A stretch of DNA of 64,000 bases from Spirochaetia bacterium (GCA_963666985.2 CAXXIA010000002.1:1984001-2048000); one strand, 5' to 3'; shown: positions 39,612-50,638, numbered from the stretch's first letter. Translations and numbers: made by a program. The notes: generated by a model not told the origin, from the sequence alone.

Positions 39612-41537
39612 TCAGTTCCTCGGCAGCTTGGCGGCCTTTTCTTCGTCGAACCACCAGGTGTCGACGCCCAGGCTGTATTTGGGAATGGTTTCCGGTTTGC
39701 CGAACTTGTTCCAATAAGCCACCCGGAAAGAACTGTTGTGCCATTGGGGAATGGCGTAATGACGCCACTGGAGCACCCGGTCCAGGGCCCGTCCCCAGGG
39801 CAGAAGGGCCTGATTATCGTTTTGATTGGCAACAATGCCTTCTATCAGGTAATCAATCACATCATCCTGAACCCGGGCCGCATTGTAGGAGGATTCCAGA
39901 TAATCGGAATGCCATTCCAGTTTCAAGCCGCCGCCGTCCGGGTAGAATCCGCCCCCCAGGCTGCTGGTAAGCATGTCGTAATCACCGTTGCGAAGGCGGT
40001 TGAGAAATTGAGTGGTATCCACCATATGGATGTTCATGGTGATGCCCATTTTCTTCAGGTTCTCCTGGAAGGGAATGGCGATGCGTTCTTCGGTTGGGCT
40101 GTAAATAAGGAATTCGAACTCAAGTGGTTCGCCTGTGGCGAGGTTCGTCATGACCTGATCCCGCACCTCATATCCGGCTTCTTTGAGAAGTTCTCCGGCT
40201 TTGGTGATTTGGGCTCTGATCTGGCCGCTGCCGTCGGTTTTCGGCGGCATGTAGGGAGCTTCGAAGACTTCCTTCGGAATCTGATCGCGAATGGGTTCCA
40301 GGATTTCGAGTTCCTCCGGAGATGGGGTGCCGAGAGCCTCGAACGGTGTGTTCTGGAAGTAGCTGCGGGTGCGTTCGTATTGACCGTAGAACAGATTCTT
40401 GTTGGACCATTCGAAGTCGAACGCGTAGCTTATGGCGTCCCTGACTCTCTCGTCTGAGAAGACCGGCCGGGAAACGTTGAATACGAAGCACTGCATGCCC
40501 GGCGGAATTTCATGAGGGATTTCTTCTTTTCGAATGTATCCGGCATCGAAATTCGGACCGCTGTAGCTGGTGGCCCACTGCTTGGAAGAGTTCTCCTGAC
40601 GGAAGTCAACTTCACCGGCCTTCAGGGCTTCCAGCTGAACCGAAGTGTCCCGGTACATGTCGTAGCGGATATAGTCGAAATTCAAGGTTCCTTTTATAAC
40701 CGGAAGATCCATGGCCCAGTAGTCTTTCAATCGTTCATACACGACATACTGCCCCATGGCGTAATCGGAAACCGTGTAGGCGCCGCTGCCCAGCGGAACT
40801 TCTGTAATGGGTTCGCTGAAGTCCCGGCTTTCCCAGAATTGCCGCGGGAAAATTGATTGACCTCCCAGGGAGATAAGCATGTCCTTATCGCCTTTTTCCA
40901 AGGTAAATTTGACTTGATGTTCATCCAGGGCTTCCACCGAGGTGACCGGTTTGTAGTAGGTCTTCGCGAAAGGGACGCCCTTTTCCAGGATGATATTGAA
41001 CGAATAGACCACATCTTCGGCCGTAATGGGTTTCCCGTCCTGAAAGCGGGCTTCCGGCCGGATATGGAAGATAATCCAGTCGTATTCGGGGGGATATTCC
41101 ATCTTCTCGGCGATGAGTCCGTAGTAGACTTCGATTTCATCGGCGCCAGCCGTGAGCAGCGAATCATTGATGGCCGAGCAGGCCGGAGCCATGTCGCCTC
41201 GAAGAGCCCAGCGGTGAAAAGTATCGAAAGTTCCTGTAGAGGCCAATACCAGCGTTCCGCCCTTGGGAGCATCGGGATTCACATAGTCGAAATGATCGAA
41301 GTCCGCCGGATATTTGGGTTCGCTACGCAGGGAAATGGCGTGCGTAACGATAACTCCGTCTTCGTTGGGAATCTCCACGGGATTCGGCGGAACGGTTCGG
41401 TTGATTTCGGCGGTCGGCTTTTCTCTGCCGGCCGAAGAGGTGCCGCCGTTTGCGGCATCGGAAGAACCGTCTCCGCCGCCGCAGGAAAATAAGAAAACCG
41501 CAAGTCCCAAAAGGAGTGTACATCCGAGTCGTTTCAT
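39612..41537 (-). CDS. yejA: Peptide ABC substrate-binding lipoprotein (YejA-like)
   Basis: Lipobox [33 protein letters not shown]. Confidence 0.9.
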   Translation of the reverse strand: MKRLGCTLLLGLAVFLFSCGGGDGSSDAANGGTSSAGREKPTAEINRTVPPNPVEIPNEDGVIVTHAISLRSEPKYPADFDHFDYVNPDAPKGGTLVLASTGTFDTFHRWALRGDMAPACSAINDSLLTAGADEIEVYYGLIAEKMEYPPEYDWIIFHIRPEARFQDGKPITAEDVVYSFNIILEKGVPFAKTYYKPVTSVEALDEHQVKFTLEKGDKDMLISLGGQSIFPRQFWESRDFSEPITEVPLGSGAYTVSDYAMGQYVVYERLKDYWAMDLPVIKGTLNFDYIRYDMYRDTSVQLEALKAGEVDFRQENSSKQWATSYSGPNFDAGYIRKEEIPHEIPPGMQCFVFNVSRPVFSDERVRDAISYAFDFEWSNKNLFYGQYERTRSYFQNTPFEALGTPSPEELEILEPIRDQIPKEVFEAPYMPPKTDGSGQIRAQITKAGELLKEAGYEVRDQVMTNLATGEPLEFEFLIYSPTEERIAIPFQENLKKMGITMNIHMVDTTQFLNRLRNGDYDMLTSSLGGGFYPDGGGLKLEWHSDYLESSYNAARVQDDVIDYLIEGIVANQNDNQALLPWGRALDRVLQWRHYAIPQWHNSSFRVAYWNKFGKPETIPKYSLGVDTWWFDEEKAAKLPRN

Positions 41538-41680
41538 CCCGCCTCCTACGCCTCAGAATATGGGAAACGGAGAGAGCGGTCAAACCTGTAGAATGATGAG
41601 CGTGTCATATTATTTCTTGAATGAGTACAGGTGTAAGAATTACGGGAAATGGTCGGATGAAAGGTTGGTTCCAGCGGCAT

Positions 41681-41713
41681 AAAAACAGGAGCCTGTCCAA
41701 GGGGCAAGCTCCT
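41681..41713 (-). terminator. Intrinsic terminator of the receptor-lipoprotein unit
   Basis: AGGAGCTTGCCC...GGACAGGCTCCT stem then TTTTT on the minus strand. Confidence 0.7.
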
Positions 41714-41731
41714 ACTGATCATCTCAAGAAA

Positions 41732-42133
41732 TTATTTGGATAAAGTATATTCGTAATCGCCTATGGTAATAGTGGTGCCGCTTGTAATGGTTACAACTTT
41801 TGTCGACGTAGAACTTGAATAAGAACTGACAACATCGAATGTGAAGGTAATATTATTATCTTCGTCTGTTGATTGAACTATATCGCCGCTTATTGTATAG
41901 GTAATAGTACCCATTGTTCCGCCGCCGTAAAACGTCAATGCCGTAGAACTGAAGGTATAGGTCATTGTTGAATTAGTAGTCATATACCAAGTTGTCCCAA
42001 CCAAATCACTATAACTCGCTACGGTGATTCCCGTATCGGTACTCCCTGTTGCATCTTCACACGAACCCAATATCATTACGACCGCAAGCAGAAGTAAAAC
42101 CGATAAACCCTTGAAAAAAGCACCTTTTTTCAT
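41732..42133 (-). CDS. Small Thr/Ser-rich beta-type lipoprotein
   Basis: Signal peptide and lipobox LGSC; SD AAGGAG; follows TonB receptor. Confidence 0.75.
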   Translation of the reverse strand: MKKGAFFKGLSVLLLLAVVMILGSCEDATGSTDTGITVASYSDLVGTTWYMTTNSTMTYTFSSTALTFYGGGTMGTITYTISGDIVQSTDEDNNITFTFDVVSSYSSSTSTKVVTITSGTTITIGDYEYTLSK

Positions 42134-42144
42134 AGTTAAGCTCC

Positions 42145-44142
42145 TTAATATTTTAGACGGCCACCAAAAGCTATGGTGAAACCATCATAAAGTTCAAAAT
42201 ATTTTTCCTGGCTCTCCCCCTCGTAAGAGCCGCCGCTTCCTTTTATGAAATGGAGATTGTTAAGAGCATTGTCCCCTCGGATATAAACCTCGAAATAATT
42301 CCCCAAGGTTTTCTCAATGCCGAGAGAAAGCAGCAATTTATCCGGAGATTTATATGTGTAATACTGGGTTTTCGATATTATTCTTGGCGCTTCCCATATA
42401 GCGGTTCCAAAAATCCTGAGTCCGATTAATTCGAAGGAATAGGAAGAATCGATATTAATACTGTGGGGAACTCTTCCTGTTAAATCTTCGTATATTCCAT
42501 AGTAGTCATCATAGCCTAATGCCCGAGTGTAGGCGTAACTGATTGAGCCGGTATAGTTATTGAGAGTGAGTTTTATTTTGACGTCACCACCATAGGTAAG
42601 CGCTTTATCAACATTCTCGTAGGTATAGTTGCTGCCGCTTATTTGGGTTTCGATTAGGTTTTTTACTCTGTTGAAGTATCCGGATGCCGAAAGAGTTAAA
42701 ATTTCACATATTTTTTGTTCCATGGAAAGGTTAATACCGTGAGAAGTTTCAGGCTTTAAGTTCGGGTTTCCATAAACGTAAAAGTCGGTGCTGTTATGTG
42801 TATGGTGATAAACATAGTATTTTTCCAGCAGCGTGGGGATTTTATAGCCCATTCCGTATGAGGCCCGCAGTATTGTGCTGTCCGAGATGTCGGTTTTAAA
42901 GCTTAATTTGGGAGTTACCTGAAACAGATGAGAATCGTCAGAATCCAGTTTTGGTGAGTAATCTATGCGCAGTCCCGGAGCCAGAATGAAACGGTCGAGG
43001 GCGCCAATATTCCAGCTGTCCTGTGCGAAGGCGCTCCAAAGGAGCATACTTCTAAAATCACCATCCATGTTGTCATAATCTACCAAAGCGTCATAGTTAA
43101 TATTGCTTCCAAAGAGAAATGTGTGGCTTATGCTCGGGCTGTACTCTGCGCGAAATTCCCCTTCCGTTCCTAAGAAAGTTCTTTTTGTGTAATCATTTGT
43201 TTCTTCCGCCAGATCGTGGTCATTGATATCGAGGTAATAGTATTTGCCGCTTAAGAAACCGCTTATGGAAAGTCTATCTCCTATTTGCCGTTCACCCGTA
43301 AAGCCGCCATCCACACTGGTGGTTTTGTAAATGCTCTGATCTTCATATGTATCCAAATCCGAACTGATGTTGTAGAAATTCGTATACGATGAATACAATC
43401 CCCATTTCCCGTTATCTCCATACCAGTCCGCTGTTGCACGAATGGATCCCAATCGGTTAAAGGGGACAAAATATGCTTTAAAATCCCCATTGGATGTTGT
43501 TTGTATTTCTGTTTTCCCGTTATCGTAGTCCAATGATCCTGAAAAACCGAAACGAAAATTTTCGGTACTGTAGGCAAGAGCTCCGGTTGTTATATTATGA
43601 AGATTAGTTGAGAATTCTTCACTTAAATCCGCGGAGAATTCAGGTTCGGAAACTTTTTTTCTTTTCGTAATGATATTCACCACTCCGCCAATGGCATCCG
43701 AACCATATAGTGCCGAGCTGGCTCCTCTGATTATCTCAATTCTCTCAATCGAGGAAAGAGGAATCTGGCTGCTGGGAATAGAACCGTTTATTCTTCCGAT
43801 AATTTCGATTCCATCGATGAGGATTTTTGCATAGTCTCCTTCAAATCCTTGAATCATTATGGAGCTGGCGGCATGGCCGTCGGCCTGAATCCCAGGAATC
43901 TGATTGAGCAAATCGGATAAATTTGAAGCGCCGGAATCTTCGATTTCTTCTTTTGTTATAACTTCAACTTTTTCCGTGCTTTCATCGGTAGTCTCTTCAA
44001 ATTTACTGCCGGTAACAATAATTAAATCATCTTGTTCCAACGAACTCTGAGCGGAAAGAGGAACGGCCCCGAGAATGCGGAAAACAAGAAGAAAAACAAG
44101 AATATTTCCGACGGAAATATAAGAGAGAATAGATTTGTTCAC
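42145..44142 (-). CDS. TonB-dependent outer-membrane receptor (plug plus barrel)
   Basis: IIVTGSK, IERIEIIRGASSALYGSDAIGGVVNIITK, GNPNLKPE. Confidence 0.93.
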   Translation of the reverse strand: MNKSILSYISVGNILVFLLVFRILGAVPLSAQSSLEQDDLIIVTGSKFEETTDESTEKVEVITKEEIEDSGASNLSDLLNQIPGIQADGHAASSIMIQGFEGDYAKILIDGIEIIGRINGSIPSSQIPLSSIERIEIIRGASSALYGSDAIGGVVNIITKRKKVSEPEFSADLSEEFSTNLHNITTGALAYSTENFRFGFSGSLDYDNGKTEIQTTSNGDFKAYFVPFNRLGSIRATADWYGDNGKWGLYSSYTNFYNISSDLDTYEDQSIYKTTSVDGGFTGERQIGDRLSISGFLSGKYYYLDINDHDLAEETNDYTKRTFLGTEGEFRAEYSPSISHTFLFGSNINYDALVDYDNMDGDFRSMLLWSAFAQDSWNIGALDRFILAPGLRIDYSPKLDSDDSHLFQVTPKLSFKTDISDSTILRASYGMGYKIPTLLEKYYVYHHTHNSTDFYVYGNPNLKPETSHGINLSMEQKICEILTLSASGYFNRVKNLIETQISGSNYTYENVDKALTYGGDVKIKLTLNNYTGSISYAYTRALGYDDYYGIYEDLTGRVPHSINIDSSYSFELIGLRIFGTAIWEAPRIISKTQYYTYKSPDKLLLSLGIEKTLGNYFEVYIRGDNALNNLHFIKGSGGSYEGESQEKYFELYDGFTIAFGGRLKY

Positions 44143-44241
44143 ATTATTAACCCTATTTATTAATCATCATGAATTATCAGAATAACCAAATGAGTAAAAT
44201 TACAATAAGTAAGTTAATCCATATTATAGTTTATGAAAATA

Positions 44242-44270
44242 ATCATATTAGGAAGGACTAACTGTGTCAA
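44242..44270 (-). promoter_or_regulatory. Sigma70 promoter with a DtxR/SloR-like box in the spacer
   Basis: TTGACA-17-TATGAT on the minus strand; TTAG-N6-CTAA at 44248-44261. Confidence 0.6.
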
Positions 44271-44372
44271 TTGGTTTTTAAAAGAATTTTGGATAATCCG
44301 ATCGGCATTGAAAAATGAAATAGCGGCTTTTAATAAATATCTTTTCCGCAGGCCTTATACCGTAAGTCGGTA

Positions 44373-45047
44373 TTATTTGAGCTTATAATCCATACCGAAT
44401 GTAATCTCAACAGGAGTTCGATCGGTATTCGGTCTGGGGAAAGGCGCCGCTTTCTCAACGGCTTTCATTGTTGCTTGGTCGAGCAGAATGAAGCCGGAAC
44501 TTTCAATTATTTCTCGGGAAAGAAGCAGTCCGTCTTTGTCTATTGTAATTCGAATTTTTACTATTCCTTCCTGTTCCCTTCGACGTGCGCTGCTTGGATA
44601 TATTTTTCTGCGGGCTATGCTGCCGAGAATGAGGTTTTTATATTCAATACAGCCCGGATCATTCATCGCGGTGTTCTCAGCCGGTTTCGGGGCAATGGCG
44701 GACGATGAGGGCGAAAGTGTTTTTTCCTTGGGAATATCGTCTGAGGTCGCCGATTCCTCCGGCAGGGGAACGGGCTGTTTCTCTTGCGGCAAGGGTTTGG
44801 GAATCGAAAAAAGAGTTTCCGGAATCGGCGTCGGTTCGATCGGAGGCGTAACGGTCGATTGAGAAACCTTAACCGGCTGGGGCGGAGCTTTCATTATGTT
44901 TACCCGAGTAACGTTTGATAAGGGAGCCTCAGGCGCCGGTTCCTGAAAATTGGGAATGAGTCCAAGCGCGGTAAGAATCAGGAAACCGGCAATGAAGCTA
45001 ATCCCGTATCGGATCGTGTCGGATTGAAACATTCCCCACCCCGGCAT
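44373..45047 (-). CDS. tonB: TonB energy transducer
   Basis: N-terminal TM, Pro-rich linker, YPSSARRREQEG and SSG..LD motifs. Confidence 0.88.
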   Translation of the reverse strand: MPGWGMFQSDTIRYGISFIAGFLILTALGLIPNFQEPAPEAPLSNVTRVNIMKAPPQPVKVSQSTVTPPIEPTPIPETLFSIPKPLPQEKQPVPLPEESATSDDIPKEKTLSPSSSAIAPKPAENTAMNDPGCIEYKNLILGSIARRKIYPSSARRREQEGIVKIRITIDKDGLLLSREIIESSGFILLDQATMKAVEKAAPFPRPNTDRTPVEITFGMDYKLK

Positions 45048-45402
45048 TATTCAATTCATCGAGAATCCTCACGACAACGCCGAAATCAACACTGGCATCA
45101 CAAGCCAGCGTTATCCCCGATTCAATATCGTTGCATCGTTCCGAAATCAAGGTTTCACCTAATTCCGGCAGGCTGAGGGGAATCCCGTCGAGGGTAATCC
45201 GCTCGTTACGGTCAACCGTGAGAGTTCTGTTTCGGCGATCTTCCTGAACGGTACTTCCGGCTTTCGGAAGATCCATAGGCAGAACGGCTTTGCGGAATTG
45301 AGTGGAAATCATAAAGAATAGAAGCAGAATGAAAATAACATCTACTAAGGGTGTCAGATTCATCACGGCTTTATTCTTTTTCGCTTGAGAGAAATCAAGC
45401 AT
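44998..45402 (-). CDS. exbD: Biopolymer transport protein ExbD
   Basis: NLTPLVDVIFILLLFFM motif. Confidence 0.92.
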   Translation of the reverse strand: MLDFSQAKKNKAVMNLTPLVDVIFILLLFFMISTQFRKAVLPMDLPKAGSTVQEDRRNRTLTVDRNERITLDGIPLSLPELGETLISERCNDIESGITLACDASVDFGVVVRILDELNNAGVGNVSIRHDPIRD

Positions 45403-45943
45403 AATCCACAATCTCTCCGTTCGTATTTTCGGTTATTGATACGGCCAAACTCATCTTTAAAAGCCTGAGTTCAACGATACGGCCGAAAAGGTGAGAACAA
45501 AACAAAGCGGGAAGGGCCACAATTAAACCGAGTGCGGTGGTAAGCATTGCAACCCAGATACCCCCTGAAAAATCTTGAATGCTCATCTCCGGACCGGCGG
45601 CGGCCATACCTTGGAAGGAAGCGATAAGCCCGATAACCGTTCCGAGCAGACCCATCGAAGGAGCGGCGGCGGTTATGAATGAAAAGAGCCACAAACCGCG
45701 TTCCATCTCATTTTTAAGCTCGGCTCCCAATTCCAAAAGCTCCTCTTTCCGGAGTTCGGCGGGCATGGATACGGTCCTTTCGGATCTGATTCGTATCCGT
45801 TCCGTTTGAGAATTGCGTTTAAATCCCCGGCTGAAGAAAAAATAAAGAAGTCGCTCAATCGCCAGAGCGAGTACAACCAGAAGGAGTCCTACGAGAATCC
45901 GGTTGATCACCCCCCCTTTTTCAATATATTCCAGCGGAGTCAT
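45395..45943 (-). CDS. exbB: MotA/TolQ/ExbB proton channel
   Basis: APSMGLLGTVIGLI, GIWVAMLTTALGL. Confidence 0.9.
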   Translation of the reverse strand: MTPLEYIEKGGVINRILVGLLLVVLALAIERLLYFFFSRGFKRNSQTERIRIRSERTVSMPAELRKEELLELGAELKNEMERGLWLFSFITAAAPSMGLLGTVIGLIASFQGMAAAGPEMSIQDFSGGIWVAMLTTALGLIVALPALFCSHLFGRIVELRLLKMSLAVSITENTNGEIVDYA

Positions 45944-46884
45944 CGCAGTTCGTCCAATTGAGCCGCTAGTTCCGGGAGCTCATCAAATAACCGCGGCGAA
46001 GGACGCAAAAAGAATGACGACGACATTACCATGATGTTTCCCTCCCGTCCTGCTCGCGTTTTTTCAAGAAACGCATTGGGTTCCATAAGGTCTTCGGGTT
46101 TGGTAATGGACATGGCGCAGAAAAGAAAGTCCGGATCTTCCTTTAAAATATATTCGGGCGAAAGCATGGGACGAGCCATATCCAAGCCTTCCGCCAGATT
46201 TTTTACTCCGAGAAGCTTGAGAATCTCGCCCGGCAGGGATTTTTCGGTAAACGCAAGAATCGGATTCGCCGAATAAAGAAACGCTCCTTTTAGTTTGGTG
46301 TTATCGGAACCGAATCGTTTTTTAAGCTCTTCCAGATTTTGAGTTTTTTCTTTCACAAGAGCCGCGGCCTCATCCGGCCGTCCGCAGAAGACGCCCAGCT
46401 CTTCAGTGGACCTTAGAATTTCTTCCATCGTTCCGGCTTCATGCAAGTAAACCTTCAGCCCGCGATTTTTAAGATTTGTCCCCAGCTCTGTTACCATTGT
46501 GTTCAATATCACCAAATCCGGTTCCAACTTGATGATTGCTTCGATGCTGGGCTGAGCGAGATTTCCCACCGAAGGCAGTTGCGATGTTTTTTCCTGAGGC
46601 CAAATTCCCTCTCGGCTTTTACCAATCCCTACAAGGTGCGTTTCGCCGCCGATCATGTAGATGGTCTCAACGGCTCCGGCGGAGACCGATACAATTCTCT
46701 TATATTCCTGCCGAACCAAACCTTCGTTCAGATCAACGGAATTTTCTTCGGTATTTCTTTTAATATTACCCGGATGTTTACTCGCTCCGGATATCGCGTC
46801 ATTTTTTCGCGAACATGATGTTAAAGGTATGGATATGGCGAGTATGACCGCCAGTGAAAAAAACCAGATTTTATGCATTCGCAT
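45940..46884 (-). CDS. Iron/heme ABC substrate-binding lipoprotein
   Basis: Lipobox LTSC; RIVS, PSIEAIIKLEPDLV, RPSPR. Confidence 0.88.
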   Translation of the reverse strand: MRMHKIWFFSLAVILAISIPLTSCSRKNDAISGASKHPGNIKRNTEENSVDLNEGLVRQEYKRIVSVSAGAVETIYMIGGETHLVGIGKSREGIWPQEKTSQLPSVGNLAQPSIEAIIKLEPDLVILNTMVTELGTNLKNRGLKVYLHEAGTMEEILRSTEELGVFCGRPDEAAALVKEKTQNLEELKKRFGSDNTKLKGAFLYSANPILAFTEKSLPGEILKLLGVKNLAEGLDMARPMLSPEYILKEDPDFLFCAMSITKPEDLMEPNAFLEKTRAGREGNIMVMSSSFFLRPSPRLFDELPELAAQLDELR

Positions 46885-48319
46885 TCTCCTTGTATAATTC
46901 CGGCCGTACTCCCGGCCTGATGATTCGTTTCAGGTAGTCCACGGCTATATTGTTTCCCCAAAAAATGCCGTTCGGGCTCAGATGTTCCATACCGGTTTTA
47001 CCCCTGAGGAAACCATGATCCCTATAGAGATTCAGTGCGGCGGCGGTGGTTGTTTTCGCGCTTGGACCGGTCAGTTCCGTAAGCTGGTCGATGCCGTAGT
47101 TTCCATATTGGAGTTGACCCAGGATGCGGTGATAAGGGTCGAATTGAGGGTTGATTAAAGCGGCCATTCTTCGTCCGGGAGCCAGGTTGTATACACTGTA
47201 AGGTCCGATGCGTCCGCCGGCGCCCCGTCCTAAGGGAAGGATGGTACGATTATCGTAACGAAGCCTGATGTAGCGATAATCATCCCGACCGGGTTTTACC
47301 ATTTTCGACAGCTCCAGGACTTCATAGCCCGCATCTTCCAGAATACTTATAAAAAGGTTGTGTTTTCTTCGTTCGGTTTCTTCCGTTCTTTGGAATTTCA
47401 CGGAGCCGTTTTTGAGATCCGAGGCTAGGGTTGAACCTTCATGAATCATTAGGGGATAAAAACTCGCTCCGTCCAGTCCAAGATCGACAAGAGTTTTCGC
47501 ATCATCAATCAAGTCCCGCTCGGTCTGTCCGGGATAACTATAGATTATGTCCAGACTCAGAATGCCGTTGAAATTGGCCCGCATGGCTTCCAGGGAATCC
47601 AGACAGTATTTCCGATTCCCCGTTCTTTCCAGCACCCGCCGTCCATTGTCGGAAAATGTCTGGATTCCGATACTCAGACGATTCAGCCCTAAATCTCTTA
47701 GAACGGCGAGTTTTGCCGGGGGTAAATTATGAAGAGTGCTTTCCATACTGATTTCGCAATCATCGGAAAGCGGCAGCTTATCTCTGAGGGACTTAATGAC
47801 TCGTTCCAGGGCCTTCCCGTTCAAAAACGTTGGGGTTCCGCCGCCGAAATAAACTTCTCTAAAAAATTCCGATCGGACATAAGTGATATTCGACATTTCT
47901 TCAATTTCGGAAATCAGGTATTCCGTGTAGGACTCAATAAGATCCCTTTGTCCCATTTCTCTGTTCAGATTGCAGAAACTGCAGATTTTGTCACAGAAAG
48001 GAACATGGATATAAATGGCTCCGCCTTTACGCTCGCCTGCTTCCATACCATTCAATTGTGATTTTGCCTTTTCCCATAGATCGGGGGGGCCATTATCCGG
48101 CGGGCCTCCGCTGTTTCGATTAAACGGACGACTCATAAGGCTGAGGGAGCGGGATAGCTTGCCGCTTTTTTTCTGTCTTTTAGGGATACCGGCGGGATGA
48201 CCGATGCGCCCATGACCTGTAGATTGTTTTGAACCATGAACCGAATCCCGGCCGCCTTCCAGTATTTGATTGAGTCCGGCCTCAGCATCATGATGGGAAC
48301 GATAGCGTTCAGAGAACAT
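46871..48319 (-). CDS. HemN-like class C radical SAM enzyme (ChuW/HutW/HmuW-type heme degradation candidate)
   Basis: YIHVPFCDKICSFC, YFGGGTPT, RLSIGIQTF; heme-uptake context. Confidence 0.8.
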   Translation of the reverse strand: MFSERYRSHHDAEAGLNQILEGGRDSVHGSKQSTGHGRIGHPAGIPKRQKKSGKLSRSLSLMSRPFNRNSGGPPDNGPPDLWEKAKSQLNGMEAGERKGGAIYIHVPFCDKICSFCNLNREMGQRDLIESYTEYLISEIEEMSNITYVRSEFFREVYFGGGTPTFLNGKALERVIKSLRDKLPLSDDCEISMESTLHNLPPAKLAVLRDLGLNRLSIGIQTFSDNGRRVLERTGNRKYCLDSLEAMRANFNGILSLDIIYSYPGQTERDLIDDAKTLVDLGLDGASFYPLMIHEGSTLASDLKNGSVKFQRTEETERRKHNLFISILEDAGYEVLELSKMVKPGRDDYRYIRLRYDNRTILPLGRGAGGRIGPYSVYNLAPGRRMAALINPQFDPYHRILGQLQYGNYGIDQLTELTGPSAKTTTAAALNLYRDHGFLRGKTGMEHLSPNGIFWGNNIAVDYLKRIIRPGVRPELYKENANA

Positions 48320-49139
48320 TGAGAATCTTCCTTTCCGGCTCGCTGCACGGAATCATCAAATCTCGTCCGGGAAGGACAAAAGGCACACCGGCGTTATCGA
48401 TATAGACAGTCAGGTGAATTCCATAAATTTCGTTTATAGCTTCGGAGGTGATTACCTCCCGGGGAGTTCCGTAATATCGGGAATGTCCATTCTTCATGAA
48501 AAGGATGGAATCGCAGAATTGGGCGGCCAAATTCAAATCGTGCATTACGGCGATTACCGTTGTTCCGGAATTCTGTACCCGTTCCCGGATTTTCAACATA
48601 ATGTCCACTTTATGCTGCATATCCAGATTGGCCGTGGCTTCATCCAGAAGCATTACCGGAGTGTCCTGTACCAGGCATCTGGCGAGCATGACTTTCTGCT
48701 GTTCACCGCCTGAAAGATCCCCGACCGGGCGATCTTGAAAATCCGTTAAATCAAGACGCCGCATGACTTCTTCGGTTTTTTTCCGGTCGGCCGAAGAATA
48801 CCCGGCCCATCGGTTTTCCACGTAAGGAAGCCTGCCCATCTGAACGGTATCGAAGACCGTCTCGGAACCCATGGCGCCGGGGCGCTGCGGAACAAGACTT
48901 ACGGTCCGGCTCCGCCGGGTTTTCAGGGGGAGCGCATCGGCGTCATTAATAAACTCGACACGGCCGTTCGATGCTTGAAGGTAACCGAGAATATTCTTAA
49001 TCAGCGTCGATTTCCCGCAGCCGTTGGGACCCAGAACACCGGTAATCCGTCCGGCGTTAAAACGCTGATTCATCTTATTGATGACGTTCCTCGAACCGTA
49101 AGAAAACTCGAGATTACTGACATGTACGGAGACGTTCAT
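48309..49139 (-). CDS. Iron/heme ABC ATP-binding protein
   Basis: GPNGCGKST, LSGGEQQ, LLDE, MHDLNLA. Confidence 0.92.
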   Translation of the reverse strand: MNVSVHVSNLEFSYGSRNVINKMNQRFNAGRITGVLGPNGCGKSTLIKNILGYLQASNGRVEFINDADALPLKTRRSRTVSLVPQRPGAMGSETVFDTVQMGRLPYVENRWAGYSSADRKKTEEVMRRLDLTDFQDRPVGDLSGGEQQKVMLARCLVQDTPVMLLDEATANLDMQHKVDIMLKIRERVQNSGTTVIAVMHDLNLAAQFCDSILFMKNGHSRYYGTPREVITSEAINEIYGIHLTVYIDNAGVPFVLPGRDLMIPCSEPERKILNVL

Positions 49140-50128
49140 AGAAACATCCCATTGCGCCTGGTAACTGCGAGATAGAGGAAAAAGGGTGCTCCAAAGAACG
49201 CTGTTACGACGCCGATCGGAATTTCCACAGGGGCCAGAATCGTTCGCGCGAGAATATCGGCGAACAGAAGGAATGCTCCGCCCGCCAGTGCCGTCAGCGG
49301 AATAAGCCGACTGTGATTGGTTCCAACCAAGATCCGCATGGTATGAGGCATAATCAAACCGACAAAGCCGATCATCCCTGAGAAGGCGACTGAGAAAGCG
49401 GAGATGAGGCTGGCGGCTACCAGAAGCCTTTTTTTTATAACTCCCGTATTCACCCCGAGGGAATGCGCCTCCTCATCTCCCCGCGTGAGTGCGTCGAGAT
49501 CCAGCCTGTGGTAATGAAAATAGGCCAACGCCGCCAGGAGCGGTCCTAACAGAATGAGAACCCGCTTCCAGGTTGCCCCTCCGAGATAGCCCATCAGCCA
49601 TACGGAAATCCGGAAGGAATCTTCACCAATCCAGTACATGGCGAACGATGTAAAGGCACTCATGAATGAAGACACCGCAATCCCGATAATCAGCAGCATC
49701 GCCACGCTGACACGTCCTTTACGGACGGAGAGACGGAAGATGACAAAGGTGGTTCCGACGGAAGTGGCGAAGGCGAATACCCCGTAAAAGAAATCCGGAA
49801 GACCCAGGAGAAAGGCCAGTACGGCGCCGGTAACGGCGCTTGCGCTGATACCGATAAGATAAGGATCGGCCAAAGGATTTCGAAACACCGCCTGCACAAC
49901 CACCCCCGAAGAAGAAAGCATCATGCCGATTATCAGAGCCATTACCATTCGAGGAAGACGAAGCTCGAAGATAATCATGCGGGTGTATTCCGATATTTCG
50001 GGATTCAGGATTTGGAACAGCGTACCCTTTTCCAAAGGGACACTCCCGTATTTCAGGCCAACCCAGAATAAAAAAAGAATAACCAGGAGAAGTAGAATCC
50101 ATGTTTTTTTTAAAGCATAGGTTTTCAT
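49136..50128 (-). CDS. Iron/heme ABC permease (FecCD/BtuC type)
   Basis: LRLPR, RNPLADP, GFVGL..PH, EIPIG. Confidence 0.93.
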   Translation of the reverse strand: MKTYALKKTWILLLLVILFLFWVGLKYGSVPLEKGTLFQILNPEISEYTRMIIFELRLPRMVMALIIGMMLSSSGVVVQAVFRNPLADPYLIGISASAVTGAVLAFLLGLPDFFYGVFAFATSVGTTFVIFRLSVRKGRVSVAMLLIIGIAVSSFMSAFTSFAMYWIGEDSFRISVWLMGYLGGATWKRVLILLGPLLAALAYFHYHRLDLDALTRGDEEAHSLGVNTGVIKKRLLVAASLISAFSVAFSGMIGFVGLIMPHTMRILVGTNHSRLIPLTALAGGAFLLFADILARTILAPVEIPIGVVTAFFGAPFFLYLAVTRRNGMFL

Positions 50129-50131
50129 GGT

Positions 50132-50638
50132 TCAGATGAATATTGAGGAAAAAAAGGCGCGGGCATTGGAGAAATCTTCTTCATTCGGATGCTTGGCGGC
50201 TTCTTCATGACGTTGCCGGCGTGCTTCATCCATGGCATGCGGATGATTTGCCGGCATTTTTTCAAACATCTTCGTTAACTTAGGATCTATTTTTCCCCTG
50301 CAGAGGAAACAGCCGAGAAACTCATTGTTTTTTTCAGCCGCTTTTTTCATCGATTCAATAACTTTTCGAGCATGATCCGATTCCGGAGCGGCTCCGAGAG
50401 TTCCCAGGAACGCTATTTTTCGACCTTCAAGTCGATTAAGAAGCGTCAGTGTTTTCTTATCGGCTTCGCCTTTATCAACCCAGAATCCGAGAATAAGTTC
50501 TTCGGTTTCGATTGTTTCAGGCGAATCATCGATGGAAAGGATGTCAAATCTGTCGGGAAAAGCCGCATGAAGCGCTTCGGCAACTCTGCGCGTATTACCG
50601 GTTTTTGAGGAATAAATAATAAGAGCCTTGGATGACAT
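50132..50638 (-). CDS. Flavodoxin-family protein (HmuF/FldH-like)
   Basis: YSSKTGNT FMN loop, GFWVDKG, TLGA, HP...D C-terminus. Confidence 0.85.
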   Translation of the reverse strand: MSSKALIIYSSKTGNTRRVAEALHAAFPDRFDILSIDDSPETIETEELILGFWVDKGEADKKTLTLLNRLEGRKIAFLGTLGAAPESDHARKVIESMKKAAEKNNEFLGCFLCRGKIDPKLTKMFEKMPANHPHAMDEARRQRHEEAAKHPNEEDFSNARAFFSSIFI

